DNA of 64,000 nt from a virus (Duplodnaviria; Caudoviricetes), in the IMG/VR virus record IMGVR_UViG_2875535316_000001, positions 30,697 to 94,696 of that record. One strand, written 5' to 3'. The notes below the pieces were generated by a model, which was given only the letters and a program-made list of their open reading frames with translations, was not told the origin of the DNA and did no database searches. Shown here piece by piece: positions 11,579-21,730 of the stretch (within the stretch, counting starts at the first letter, position 1; every line of letters begins with the position of its first letter). Made by a program: the position numbers and the translations under genes.

Positions 11579-11857
11579 CTACTGCTTGACGCTGGACGGG
11601 TAGCCGGCGTCCTCGGTCGCCTTAGTCAGCGCCTGGACATTGGTCTTGGCATCATCGAAGGTGACGATGGCCTCGCGGTTCTCATAGCTCACCTCGGCCT
11701 TGGTCACGCCCTCGACCTTGGTCAGCGCCTTCTTCACCGTGATCGGGCAAGCGGCGCAGGTCATGCCCGGCACCGCCAGAGTGACGGTCTGCGTGGCCGC
11801 CCAGGCAGGTGCGGCGACTAGGGTGGCGAGGGCGAAGGATGCAAGCAGTTTTTTCAT
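11579..11857 (-). CDS. merP: Periplasmic mercury-binding protein
   Basis: Signal peptide, GMTCAACPITVKKAL. Confidence 0.97.
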   Translation of the reverse strand: MKKLLASFALATLVAAPAWAATQTVTLAVPGMTCAACPITVKKALTKVEGVTKAEVSYENREAIVTFDDAKTNVQALTKATEDAGYPSSVKQ

Positions 11858-11870
11858 GGCGGACTCCTGA

Positions 11871-12221
11871 TCAGTAGAACAAGGGAAGGATGTAGGGGAA
11901 GCCGAGCGCGACCAGCACCAAGGCCGTTACCAGCCCGAACAGCAGCTTGTAGGTGGTGCGTACCTGGGGCACGGCGCAGACCTCACCCGGTTTGCAGACT
12001 TGAGCCGGGCGGAAAATGCGTCGCCAGGCGAAGAACAGCGCGACTAACGCCGCACCGATGAAGAGCGGGCGGTAAGGTTCCAGCACGGTCAGGTTGCCGA
12101 TCCAGGCCCCGCTGAATCCCAGTGCGATCAGAACCAGCGGCCCAAGACAGCAAGTCGAGGCGAGAATCGCCGCAAGCCCCCCGGCGACAAGAGGGGCGCG
12201 CCCGTTTGATGGTTCAGACAT
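11871..12221 (-). CDS. merT: Mercury transporter MerT
   Basis: ASTCCLGPLVL; start set at MSEPSNG (12221). Confidence 0.96.
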   Translation of the reverse strand: MSEPSNGRAPLVAGGLAAILASTCCLGPLVLIALGFSGAWIGNLTVLEPYRPLFIGAALVALFFAWRRIFRPAQVCKPGEVCAVPQVRTTYKLLFGLVTALVLVALGFPYILPLFY

Positions 12222-12256
12222 GCATTTCTCCTTTCGAGCATGTGAGCGATGGTTTA

Positions 12257-12287
12257 AGGTTACTTCCGTAGTCAAGTACGGAGTCAA
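12257..12287 (-). promoter_or_regulatory. merT promoter with MerR operator
   Basis: TTGACT-19 nt-TAACCT with TCCGTA-N6-TACGGA dyad (12265-12282). Confidence 0.9.
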
Positions 12288-12292
12288 GCAGT

Positions 12293-12712
12293 ATGGAAAA
12301 CACTGTGGAAAGCCTGACCATCGGCGCCTTCGCCAAGGCGGCCGGGGTCAACGTGGAAACCATCCGGTTCTATCAACGCAAGGGGCTGTTGCCCGAACCG
12401 GACAAGCCCTACGGCAGCATTCGCCGCTACGGCGAGGCGGACGTGGCCCGGGTGAAATTCGTCAAATCCGCGCAACGACTGGGCTTCAGCCTCGATGAGG
12501 TGGCCGGGCTGTTGCGATTGGATGACGGCGCTCACTGCGACGAAGCGCGCGTGCTCGCCGAGCAGAAGCTCGAGGATGTGCGGGGGAAACTCGCGGATCT
12601 GCGGCGGATCGAGTCGGTGTTGGCGCGGCTGGTTCACGATTGTTGTGCGAGCCACGGGACGGTTTCCTGTCCGCTGATCGTTTCGCTGCAGGGGGAAAAG
12701 GAACTGCGCTGA
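12293..12712 (+). CDS. merR: Hg(II)-responsive regulator
   Basis: [26 protein letters not shown]; conserved Cys residues. Confidence 0.97.
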   Translation: MENTVESLTIGAFAKAAGVNVETIRFYQRKGLLPEPDKPYGSIRRYGEADVARVKFVKSAQRLGFSLDEVAGLLRLDDGAHCDEARVLAEQKLEDVRGKLADLRRIESVLARLVHDCCASHGTVSCPLIVSLQGEKELR

Positions 12713-12864
12713 CTCCGCGCGTTAACCGAGGATTTCCCGATGCGTGAGGCACCTCCGGGGTCGGCTTGCGCTTGGCAAAACAGCGGCGCTCATTGAGCGC
12801 CGCTGAATGGCCAAAGGAGCACTTGCATAGGCCACAGGTTAGTACTGCATCAGCAGCTCATGTT

Positions 12865-13083
12865 CTACTTTGCAGGCGGACAGCCGGGCTGCGCCTCGAC
12901 CCGGCCAGCCGCCGTGGCCCCCAGTTGCTCAATCTTCTTGGCGGTTTCCGCCACCAAGGCCGCCTCAGCCTTGTCGCGCATAGCGGCGATTCGCTCGATT
13001 GAACGGTCGCTCCCGCTCTCGGCCCATACGGTGGATGACAGCAGAGTCGCACCAACTATCAGCAGTAGTCTTAGGTATTTCAT
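12865..13083 (-). CDS. Small secreted protein, PtrA N-terminal-like
   Basis: 72 aa; signal peptide then AESGSDRSIERI; GAGGAGG RBS; own MerR-type promoter. Confidence 0.65.
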   Translation of the reverse strand: MKYLRLLLIVGATLLSSTVWAESGSDRSIERIAAMRDKAEAALVAETAKKIEQLGATAAGRVEAQPGCPPAK

Positions 13084-13118
13084 AACAGCCTCCTCTCGGG
13101 TTTTCTACCCACGAGCCG

Positions 13119-13149
13119 ACTCTATCTCCGTAGTTAAGTACGGAATCAA
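13119..13149 (-). promoter_or_regulatory. Second MerR-type promoter/operator
   Basis: TTGATT-19 nt-TAGAGT with TCCGTAGTTAAGTACGGA (13127-13144), 17/18 identical to the merT operator. Confidence 0.8.
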
Positions 13150-13198
13150 GGAGAGATGGAGATGAAGGTCCTGGATTATGGCGCTGAGAGGAAATGGC

Positions 13199-13240
13199 AG
13201 GGCTTAAGTGCACTTTCTGTTCCGTTGCTCCCCAAACCCC
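13199..13240 (-). repeat. Right terminal inverted repeat
   Basis: Reverse complement of the left IR with one mismatch. Confidence 0.95.
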
Positions 13241-14547
13241 ATCACCAGGTTGCCGAAGCGCGGATTGAGCGCGTCCACCTGGTTGCGCAGAAGGTCGTAA
13301 ATGTCCTTCTCCAGCATTTTGGCCTCGCCACGCTGCGACCAGGGCGAGCCTTGCCCGTATTTGCCCAGCATCAACGTCCGCACCTGCTGGACTACCGCGG
13401 CGCTGTCGTACACCGATGGGATTTCAAGGGTCAGCTTGACCGACATGACCGAAGGCACGACCTCGCGCCGGCGATAGCGCAATGCGCTGTCAGCGCGCTT
13501 GATGACCTGCTCGATCATCTTATGCAACGTGTCGTTGCTACCGCCCGAGCTGGTGGCGGCCACGAAAATGGAGTTGATATTGGCATAGCTGCCGCCGCGC
13601 ACCGCTTCTTCGCGGGCCTCGTTCCACACACTCAGGAACCGCACCGGCGCCACCCGCTTGCGCACTAGGTAGTCGAAGTTCGACAGGTAGACCGCGCTGT
13701 CACCGTAAATGGCCGGATAGGAGCCGATTTCACGCATGGTGTTGATATCCATGGGGTCGGCGCCGGGCTGCGTTACCTGCGCCAGCTCCAGCACCGTCTG
13801 CGCTTCCTGGTTGGCCACACCGGCGCCAGCGTAGCGGAACGCGAAATTCATGTTTTCCGACAGGGTAATCTCGCCCTCGGTGTCCTGGACCTGCACGGTG
13901 ATGCTTTCGCCCACCGCCGGCTGGTAGCCCGCCAGGTTGGAAATACCGAACTGCACGCTGATTACGCCGACTTCATCGCTTTTGATGTTGAACACCTTAT
14001 CGCCGGGCAGCACGTTGGCGAACGCATAGGACTGCTCAAAGTCCGCTACTGCCACGTCAGCGATGTAACCCAGCTCCGCGCCTGGTACCGGAATGCTGTA
14101 GAACGGCATGGATTGGGTCACGGTGTGCGTCAGGGTGCGCGCCTTGACTTGTTTGCCGACCACATAGCCCACCGCCCCCGCCGGCACCGTGGCGCCGCTT
14201 GTCACCAGCCAGTAGCGGCCCTGCTGGTCGAGCAGCTCGCGCCCTACCAGGACGCGCAGCGCCGAACTTGAGCCGTTGGTGACCTTGATGCTGGCGATGG
14301 TGGGCGTGCCGAACGGCAGAATGCCCTTCACAGCGCCATCGGCGCGCACGGTAACGTCGCGGGCCCTTGTGAAGGGCTCGGCCCCAGTCACGTCAATTTG
14401 CGCGCTGAGGCTGGCCAGCTGGGCCGCGTTGGCGGCGATCATCTGCATGATCATCGGGTCACCGATCGCATAGCGGGCCGCAATGGTCGGGTAGTTCGCG
14501 ATTTCGTTGACCGCGTCCTGAATGAATTGGTCTTTAGTAATTGCCAC
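13204..14547 (-). pseudogene. Baseplate J-like wedge protein, truncated by transposon (ends in IR-encoded GFGEQRNRKCT*)
   Basis: EPFTRARD, VQFG, GADP...AVYLSNFDYLV baseplate-J motifs; GTG start at 14547 with GGAG RBS. Confidence 0.75.
13241..13245. repeat. 5-bp target site duplication ATCAC (right)
   Basis: Matches 3116-3120. Confidence 0.95.
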
Positions 14548-14866
14548 GGTCAACCACTCCCACAAGGGCATCAACGCTGATCGAGCTGCCGTTGATGTTG
14601 ATATACAGGTTCTTTCGATCGATGCCGTTGCTGGTGGCTTCCAGGTTGATCGTGCCCACCGGCAGGGCCGCCAGCACGGGAATGTCGATCTTCATCTTGG
14701 CCAGGAAGGCGTCAGCGATCGGAGAACTGAGAGGCTTCTGCAGCCAGTCCTCGAGCGGCGCGCCATAGGTGGAGCCGTAGTAGGAATTCGGCTTGGTCCG
14801 CAGCCAGTGCGCGATCATCCGAAACAGCAGGTCCACGTTGAAAACATCATTCGCCACGTCAGCCAT
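14534..14866 (-). CDS. Baseplate gpW/gp25-like protein
   Basis: 110 aa; HWLRT..YYGSTYG..L; upstream of baseplate J. Confidence 0.6.
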   Translation of the reverse strand: MADVANDVFNVDLLFRMIAHWLRTKPNSYYGSTYGAPLEDWLQKPLSSPIADAFLAKMKIDIPVLAALPVGTINLEATSNGIDRKNLYININGSSISVDALVGVVDRGNY

Positions 14867-14896
14867 GGGCCACCCAATAACGGTTTATTGAGGGGA

Positions 14897-14937
14897 ATGG
14901 TGACAAAGAAAAACCGCCACATTGCGCGGCGGTTTGC
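14897..14937 (-). promoter_or_regulatory. Putative late promoter GCAAA-N30-CACCAT, overlapping a terminator-like hairpin
   Basis: Shared motif and spacing. Confidence 0.6.
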
Positions 14938-14949
14938 ATGGTTGGCGGG

Positions 14950-17900
14950 TTAGAGCGACCGGGCAAAGCCTCCCATACCAATCCCCCCTGTGGCCGCGTG
15001 GGCAATCGCCCGATCGGACACGTTCTGTGTCAGCGGCAAGGCGATCGGCGCCGACGGTGCAGCTGGTGCCTTGCTTGCTGGCGCCATTGGCTTGGGCACC
15101 TGTGGCGTTGGCGGAATCCGCGACTGTCCCGCATCCGGCGCCGGGGCGCTGTAGTTGGGCACCTTCAACGGCGGGATACTGGCCGGCGCCGATGTGCTGG
15201 CCATGATAGCTGGCGCCCCCGCCTGCACACTGCCCGGGTTAGCGGGCGGCGATACCGGCGCCATCGAGGCCGCGGGGATCGGCATCACCCCCACCGGCTG
15301 GGCGGTGTTGAGCTTGGTGGCGCTGGCCAGTGCCGGCGTGGACGTTGCCGGCACTCCTGCGCTACCTGGTGCAGCGGGAGCGGCCGCAACCGGCGCCGGT
15401 GTGCTTGCCCCATCACCACCCTTGCCACCTTCACCAGGTGCGCCGGTACCGCCGACCACCACAGGCTGCAGCACCAGGGGAGTAACGCCCGGAATGGCAG
15501 CCTTGCCGGCGGCCGCAGCCGCGTCTGGTACCGCTGTCAGCAGGCTGGCCGTTGTTGCCGCGCCCGGCGCACCCGCAGCACCGGCACCGTCCGCGCCAGC
15601 AGCGCCTGGCTGCCCTGTTGCTGCAGCGGCGGCCAATGGCGTGACCAGGGGAGTGATCCCCGGGATAGCAGCCTTCCCGGCCGACGGCGCCGGCGCAGCA
15701 CCAGGCGCAACCGCGAATGGGCCCGCGGGCTGGGTAGCGCCTGCCTTGCCCTTCACTGCAGCCATGGTGCTGTTGATCGCCTCCATGGCAGGCTCCGGCG
15801 CCGCTACCCGCACCTCATTGGCCTGGCGGGTCGGCGTCAGGTCGCCCACCTTGGCCTGGGCCAGGTACTTGTCATACTTCGTTTCAACATCGGCCAGGCC
15901 ATTGGTACCGCCGTTGGTGCGCACCCGGGCGCCCCTGATATCTCCCTTCTCGGCCAGGGCGTTGGCCCCGGAATCTTTCCAGTGCTGTACCGCGATCTGG
16001 GCGGAGTACTTCGGATCGCTGGCCAGCTCGGGGTTGTTCACCAGGTCAATGCCCAGCTTTTTGCCCATGCGCTCATACTGGTCACGGCCGGTCAGCTGGA
16101 TATCGCCACGCCCGCGGAATTTGAAGCCGTCCCCCGGGTCCTTGTTGCCCATGCGGCCGCCATACACCCGGTTGGCGATCGCTTCGGGGTTGTTGGCGTC
16201 GGCGCGGGCGCTCTCGGCGTCCTTGTAGTACTTGGGGAACACCTGCTGCAGGCGCTTGGCGCTGTAGTTCAGGTTTTCCTCTTTCGACTTGAACCCGCCC
16301 GACTCGTGGTCGACGTTGGCCATAAGCGCGGCCTTGGATTTCGGGTCAGTGATGCCCCCGGCGTCCATCGCCTTGATCAGCTCGTCTTTACGGGCATTGG
16401 AGCCGCCCGTGTAGCGCCCGCCGGTTACCGTGTTGAGGACGTTCTGCCCGGCATCCTTGACCGTGGCGGCCTTCTCGCCAACGTAGTCCTTGGCGGTCTG
16501 AACCTTGTCCCGGATGGTGTCGCGGGTGTCCTGGAAGGTTTCGACAACCTTGGTCTTTACCGCGCTGAACGTGTCGGCGACCTTGGCCCAGGACTCTTTC
16601 GCCCACTCGCCAATATTGGCGAAGGTGCTGGCGCCCACGGCGAGAACGCTATTCCAGCCTTCCTTCACCGCGCCAAACGCATCGCTGGCCATCTTGGTGG
16701 CGCCGTCGGCAACCGCCGTCCAGGCACCGGTAACGCTGGCCATCATGCCGGTCATGTCGACCTTGCTTAGCCACTCCCCGACGGTGGTACCGAGCTGGTC
16801 ACCCAGTACCCCGCCCAGGACGGCGCCAGCAGGCCCGCCGAACATACCCAGCGCGCCACCCACCACGCCGCCGACCACACCACCCATGGTGCCCCAGCGA
16901 TCGGTCTTGTTGGCCTGGCGTTCCTCGGCCGTGGCGCTCGGGTCATCCTTGGCCATCGCCGCGCTGGCGAACAGGCCGGCCCCCAGCAGGGCGCCAACCA
17001 CTGGCAGCTTGGTCAGGAGGCCCTTACCGGCCTTGGCCAGGCCTGAGAATCTGCCAGCGCGCCCGGTACCGGCACCCCGGCCTGCTCTACTGGCCCCGGC
17101 CGCGTCTTCCCCTGCATCAGCTGCACCAGCGCCAGCACGGTTACGAGTGGCGCCCGATCGGCGGGCTTGGCCATCACGACCAGGACCAGGCCCGGTACCG
17201 GCGCGCGACTCGAAGCGGCCAGTCTCAGGGTTGCGGTGCACACTACGGGCCTCAGCGGTACGCCGCCCGCGCTCGGACAACGCATCCCGCCGGCTACCTC
17301 GCCCGTCGCCCCCGCGCCGCCCATCGCGACCTGGTGCGCCACGTCGACCACGCCCACCCAGCAGGCCACCCACACCCTTGGCCAAGCCGCCCAAGGCGCC
17401 AGCCATGCGCATAAGGCCGGTAATGCGAGCCAGGGCACGCAATGGCGCCATCAGCATGCCCAGCATGGACAGCAGGCCGGTCAGCAGCAGCCCCATACCG
17501 CGGCCACCGCTGCGCTTGTTGCCCTCACGTAACTCGCCCCAGATACGGCGGTACCACCGGACGCTCTCGCGCTGGCGCTTGTCGTCAGGCGATCGCCCCA
17601 TGCCGAACAAGCGGCCCAGTGGCTTGATTGCGCCCATCACTGGGGAAACGATGCCCCCAATTTCCTTGACCGCGGTTACCGCTGGGTCAACGTTGTCGGC
17701 GCCGCTGGCCAGGCCGTCGGCTGCGCTTTTGAGGGACTCGGAAGCCGCCCCCATGGCCTTGGCCGATCGGGACTCGCCTTTGTCGCCGTTATCACCAGGT
17801 GAAGCACTGCCAAACCGGCCGTCTGCGCCCCGCTGGCGCTCACCTGGTGCGTTTGTGGTGCTGCCCGGGGAGCCAGCAGCCTCGCGGCGTGCACGGTCCT

Positions 17901-18579
17901 TGCGGCGGCGCTCGCTGCGTTCGCGCTGAATTCGTTCTTCACGCGGATCGGCCACGGCTGGCGCTGGTGTGGCCAACGATGCAGGTGCGGGCGTGCCTGT
18001 AGCGGTGAAACGCCCCTGGTCATCGCGGGTCCGAGGTGAGGACGGCGGCAATCCAGGTGCTGCAGGAGCGGGAGCCGGGCCAGCCGCGGTCGGCGCCGGT
18101 ACCGCATCCACCGACGGCGCCGAAGCGGGCGCGCTGACGGGTTCCCGCGCGGACGCTGGCACAGGAGCAACTGCAGGAGGCGCATTGCCGGGTGCTGGTG
18201 CCGCTGATTCAGGCGCTGCAGGGTTATGCGGCAGCGCGCCCGGCGCCACCTCGAGCGGGGGAATGTCCACGCCTACGGTAACGTTGATCGGCGCCAGCGG
18301 CGCGCCATCAGCTGCACCAGGTACTGCAGGGGTAACAGCATCACGCCCCGGGCCGGTGTCGCCTTCACGAGGCGGCATAGGCGGGCGGTTCGGCTCGGCG
18401 GGGGTGACGGAATCCAGGTTGCTCAGCGCGTCAGCCAGTTTGCCGAGCTGCTCGACCGTCTCCTGAGTGTCGCCACGGATTTCCCGCAGCAGTTCCAGTT
18501 CACGGCTGATCTTGTCCAGGTCATCGGTCAGGCGGGGGCCGACCAGGAAGCCCCCTGCGTCGTGATTGAGTTCAGCCAT
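14950..18579 (-). CDS. Tape-measure-like tail protein with GH19 lysozyme domain
   Basis: 1209 aa; Gly-rich TM-like segments; HESGGF..ENLNYS..IANRVYGGRMGN..GDG..FRGRG.IQLTGR GH19 motifs; Pro/Ala-rich termini. Confidence 0.75.
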   Translation of the reverse strand: MAELNHDAGGFLVGPRLTDDLDKISRELELLREIRGDTQETVEQLGKLADALSNLDSVTPAEPNRPPMPPREGDTGPGRDAVTPAVPGAADGAPLAPINVTVGVDIPPLEVAPGALPHNPAAPESAAPAPGNAPPAVAPVPASAREPVSAPASAPSVDAVPAPTAAGPAPAPAAPGLPPSSPRTRDDQGRFTATGTPAPASLATPAPAVADPREERIQRERSERRRKDRARREAAGSPGSTTNAPGERQRGADGRFGSASPGDNGDKGESRSAKAMGAASESLKSAADGLASGADNVDPAVTAVKEIGGIVSPVMGAIKPLGRLFGMGRSPDDKRQRESVRWYRRIWGELREGNKRSGGRGMGLLLTGLLSMLGMLMAPLRALARITGLMRMAGALGGLAKGVGGLLGGRGRRGAPGRDGRRGGDGRGSRRDALSERGRRTAEARSVHRNPETGRFESRAGTGPGPGRDGQARRSGATRNRAGAGAADAGEDAAGASRAGRGAGTGRAGRFSGLAKAGKGLLTKLPVVGALLGAGLFASAAMAKDDPSATAEERQANKTDRWGTMGGVVGGVVGGALGMFGGPAGAVLGGVLGDQLGTTVGEWLSKVDMTGMMASVTGAWTAVADGATKMASDAFGAVKEGWNSVLAVGASTFANIGEWAKESWAKVADTFSAVKTKVVETFQDTRDTIRDKVQTAKDYVGEKAATVKDAGQNVLNTVTGGRYTGGSNARKDELIKAMDAGGITDPKSKAALMANVDHESGGFKSKEENLNYSAKRLQQVFPKYYKDAESARADANNPEAIANRVYGGRMGNKDPGDGFKFRGRGDIQLTGRDQYERMGKKLGIDLVNNPELASDPKYSAQIAVQHWKDSGANALAEKGDIRGARVRTNGGTNGLADVETKYDKYLAQAKVGDLTPTRQANEVRVAAPEPAMEAINSTMAAVKGKAGATQPAGPFAVAPGAAPAPSAGKAAIPGITPLVTPLAAAAATGQPGAAGADGAGAAGAPGAATTASLLTAVPDAAAAAGKAAIPGVTPLVLQPVVVGGTGAPGEGGKGGDGASTPAPVAAAPAAPGSAGVPATSTPALASATKLNTAQPVGVMPIPAASMAPVSPPANPGSVQAGAPAIMASTSAPASIPPLKVPNYSAPAPDAGQSRIPPTPQVPKPMAPASKAPAAPSAPIALPLTQNVSDRAIAHAATGGIGMGGFARSL

Positions 18580-19517
18580 CAGATGAACCCAACCACTCTC
18601 TGCACCAGCTCGCGCCCACGCTGCAGAATGCCCTGGTCCTGCTTGGTTTTGGTGTCGGCCGGGCTGTCTTCATAGCCTGGCAGCGGCACTTCCATGTAGT
18701 GCCTGGCGCTGTCGAGCATCTGCGCGGTCTTGTCAGGATCGAACGTGTAACCGCGCTCGAGCACGGCGGCCGGGACGCTATCGAGCATGGCGCCAGGCGT
18801 CTGCCCCTTGTTGAGTGCCGAAATGCGCTCGAGCAGCTTGGCGTTCTGCTCATTCAGCTCGTCATTGATCTCGCACTGGCGCAGATATTCCTTACTGATG
18901 CCCTCGGCCAGGCCGTTCACTTCCTCCATGGCTTTCTCATTGGCCGCCAGGATACTGTCCACGCTGTCGAGCATGGCGCTGTATTCCTCGGCAAAACTCG
19001 ACCCCTGCAGGGCGCCAGCGCTGGTGCTGTCCAGCATGGCGTCATAGCCGCGGTTGGTGTCGTAGTTCGGGCTCTTGACGAAGTCCATGCCGAAATAGTT
19101 CTTCGGGGTGCGCTTGCCGCTGATCAGCGGGGCGTAGAACACAGAGCTGAACCCGTAGGTTTTGCCCTGGTACAGACGCTGGGCGATGCGCCCGGACGCG
19201 GTTGGCAGGAACTCCTGCTGGTGCTCGACCGTGCCGTCTGGGTACGCCTTGATCATCACCGTCTTCACAGCCGGCTCAAGGGTGACGGTCTTGCCCGTCA
19301 CTGGGTCAATGATCGCCTCGGGCAGGTCCAGGCCGTACTTTTCGCGGAACCCATGGCCCATGTAGCCGAAAATATCACCCTTGCGCACAGATTCCTGCAC
19401 CACAGGGCCGTTCACGAGCAGGCACAGTGCGGGAATGTCGACCTCGCGGTCTACGCCAGTGAAGTCGCGCCCCCGTTCGTTTACGTTGTAGCGGATTACC
19501 TCGGTACGGTTGCGCAT
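18579..19517 (-). CDS. Prohead protease/scaffold (P1 Pro-like)
   Basis: FGYMGHG, GFSS, FGMDFV..PN motifs; directly after portal. Confidence 0.7.
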   Translation of the reverse strand: MRNRTEVIRYNVNERGRDFTGVDREVDIPALCLLVNGPVVQESVRKGDIFGYMGHGFREKYGLDLPEAIIDPVTGKTVTLEPAVKTVMIKAYPDGTVEHQQEFLPTASGRIAQRLYQGKTYGFSSVFYAPLISGKRTPKNYFGMDFVKSPNYDTNRGYDAMLDSTSAGALQGSSFAEEYSAMLDSVDSILAANEKAMEEVNGLAEGISKEYLRQCEINDELNEQNAKLLERISALNKGQTPGAMLDSVPAAVLERGYTFDPDKTAQMLDSARHYMEVPLPGYEDSPADTKTKQDQGILQRGRELVQRVVGFI

Positions 19518-21124
19518 CACTCGGCCTCGTCTTTCGTGTTCTGGGTAATGGCGCGCTCGGGCTCCATCGGTTCAAAGTCGTCTTCACCACCCCCGCCGAA
19601 TCCGGGCATGCCAGGCGGCTCTGGGGGCTTGGCGTTCTTGAGGCCGTCGGCCAGGATCTTGGCGAAGTCGTGATCCAGCTCGACCTTGATGAACATTTGT
19701 TCGTTGGTTTCAGGCGGCAGGCCCATTTCACGCATCTGCGCCATCATCTGCACCAGCATCAAACCGCCGTTGATTGCCCGCTCACGGGAGGCCTGTTTCT
19801 CGGCCTCCAGCGCTGCGATCGAGCCGTAGAAGTTGATGACATACGGGCGCTCGTCGTCTGACCAGGTGCGGCCGTGCTTGGCGATCATGTGGCGGTCGAT
19901 CGCGTCATTGCAGAAGGCAGTGAAGGCCGTGCGGATGATTCGGGAACCCTCGGCCCCCTGGCTGCTGGTGCGGTTGAACCCGCCTTCGCCCAGGCCGCCG
20001 GTCAGCTGATCGGCAAAGCCCACCATGGACAGGTCAATGCCCGCGGTACCGGCCAGCTTGCGGGCGTGAAACATCACGTCCTCGATGTTGGTACCGGCGC
20101 CGGAATTGGATGTGCCCGTGAACGAGCTGACTTGTGTCAGCTGCTTTTCGTTGAAGGTGGGCATGATGTGGAAGTGGCGCGAAGTCGAGTAGCGGCCAGT
20201 GCGTACCGCATCCTCGGCGCGTTGCTTCATGGTCTTGAGCATCTTTTCCAGGGAGCGCATGAAGCTCTCCTGCTGCTCGACCGTCATGTCGCTCATGTTG
20301 GCGCCGATCATCGTTTCATCGATCGAGCCGGCGATTCGCTGCCCCACCAGGCCGCGCAGGGCGGCTTCCAGGTTGTCGAAGTCTTCTTCGCAGGCCTCCA
20401 GCAGGGAACCGCCGATCAGCGCCGGCAGCGGCTGCATTTCTGCCGGGTCGTTCGTCTCCAGGTTGATCTTCTGGGCATTCTCCACAGCGCGCATCTGGGG
20501 CAGGTAGCCCATGCGCGGCATCTTCATGCGGATCATGTCCATGTGGCTGATACGGCTGGTCACCTTCTCGCCCAGCGCCACCACGTAGGTCACTGTCTGC
20601 CCCAGCACCTCATAGGGCTGCACCATGAACGGGAAGATATCCGCGCTCATGGCGTGGATGCCGTGCCCCTTGCGCGTATACAGCCGGGCGAAGGCATCGC
20701 CATAGCCTGCAGCGTTGAAGCACACCTGGTGGGCGTTCTGGTTGAAGAACTTGGCCAGCTCCTGCAGCTCAGCGACCATTTTCTTTTCGCCGGCAGTGGC
20801 GCCGGGCTTGGGCTCGATGAATACCGTTTCACCGGTCGTCTCGTGCCCACCCAGCGCCATCTGCACTTTCAGGCGCAGGATGGTGTGCATCAGGCCGGAC
20901 TGCACCATGTGGTGCCATTTGCGGTAGATATCGACGCGGGAGCGGGCTGGGCGGTCAGTGTTGCCCAGCAGCATTTCAACGCCCACGTAGTCGGCGTCAA
21001 AGGTGGATACAGAGCCTTGAATCTGGGGTTCAGCCACTTCGCCGAGCAGCAACTGCGCCGCGCTTCTGGTAGCGCTCGCCAGGCTGCTCAGTAGCTTGCG
21101 TTTGGGTTTCTGTTCGTCTGCCAT
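19517..21124 (-). CDS. Portal protein (P1 Prt-like)
   Basis: 535 aa; YGDAFAR, IEDVMFHARKLAG..GID.SM.GFADQL.GGLGEGG. Confidence 0.75.
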   Translation of the reverse strand: MADEQKPKRKLLSSLASATRSAAQLLLGEVAEPQIQGSVSTFDADYVGVEMLLGNTDRPARSRVDIYRKWHHMVQSGLMHTILRLKVQMALGGHETTGETVFIEPKPGATAGEKKMVAELQELAKFFNQNAHQVCFNAAGYGDAFARLYTRKGHGIHAMSADIFPFMVQPYEVLGQTVTYVVALGEKVTSRISHMDMIRMKMPRMGYLPQMRAVENAQKINLETNDPAEMQPLPALIGGSLLEACEEDFDNLEAALRGLVGQRIAGSIDETMIGANMSDMTVEQQESFMRSLEKMLKTMKQRAEDAVRTGRYSTSRHFHIMPTFNEKQLTQVSSFTGTSNSGAGTNIEDVMFHARKLAGTAGIDLSMVGFADQLTGGLGEGGFNRTSSQGAEGSRIIRTAFTAFCNDAIDRHMIAKHGRTWSDDERPYVINFYGSIAALEAEKQASRERAINGGLMLVQMMAQMREMGLPPETNEQMFIKVELDHDFAKILADGLKNAKPPEPPGMPGFGGGGEDDFEPMEPERAITQNTKDEAE

Positions 21125-21155
21125 GGTGGGTACGCGGTAGGCCTATTTGGGCACC

Positions 21156-21196
21156 AGCGTACCGGCGCCAAAACGCCCAAAATCCGGGCGCTTTGC
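21156..21196 (-). promoter_or_regulatory. Putative late promoter GCAAA-N30-TACGCT
   Basis: Shared motif and spacing. Confidence 0.6.
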
Positions 21197-21212
21197 GCGC
21201 TTTTCACCCCAC

Positions 21213-21728
21213 TTAAAGCCCCTGCGTGGCGGCCTCGTCGGGGCGCGGATTGAGCAGGTATTTGCGGGTGTATGGCGAGATGTTCAGGTGACCGGTCACC
21301 CCGACAATCTCGAAGTTGACGATGACGCCACCGCCCACCAGTACCGCCACCAGCATGCGCTTGTCGGGCAGCACGTACTTGTCGGTACCGGGATCGGCCA
21401 CTGGCTCGATCGAGGCCTCTAACACGCCCTCGGAATAGTCCAGGTACGCGCCATCGTCGGAGGTGTTGCCCAGCGGGGCCGCGTAGCCCTGCGAGAAGTG
21501 AATGACGGCCTCACAGGCCTCCACCCAGGTGTAATTCACCTCGTCCTCGTCGGACAGCACCTTTGCGCCGCCCAGGGTGCCCGGCTCGTCCTCGTCGTCG
21601 TAGGGGTCCGGCGTGGCGTTGGTGCGCTCCACCTGCTTGGTGAACAGCACACAGTCCAGTCGATTGGGCTCGCGCAGGGTGCGCTGGCGGTTGGCGCGAT
21701 TTACGGTAATCGCCACTCTATTCAGCAT
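21213..21728 (-). CDS. Putative virion morphogenesis protein
   Basis: 171 aa in structural cluster; GAGG RBS. Confidence 0.5.
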   Translation of the reverse strand: MLNRVAITVNRANRQRTLREPNRLDCVLFTKQVERTNATPDPYDDEDEPGTLGGAKVLSDEDEVNYTWVEACEAVIHFSQGYAAPLGNTSDDGAYLDYSEGVLEASIEPVADPGTDKYVLPDKRMLVAVLVGGGVIVNFEIVGVTGHLNISPYTRKYLLNPRPDEAATQGL

Positions 21729-21730
21729 GG

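Noticed and set aside
14938-17929. Long plus-strand ORFs (610, 357 and 474 aa)
   Set aside because: Antisense shadows of the GC-rich tape-measure-like gene with no recognisable motifs; the same applies to 19874-21094, 28410-29933 and 61481-62815
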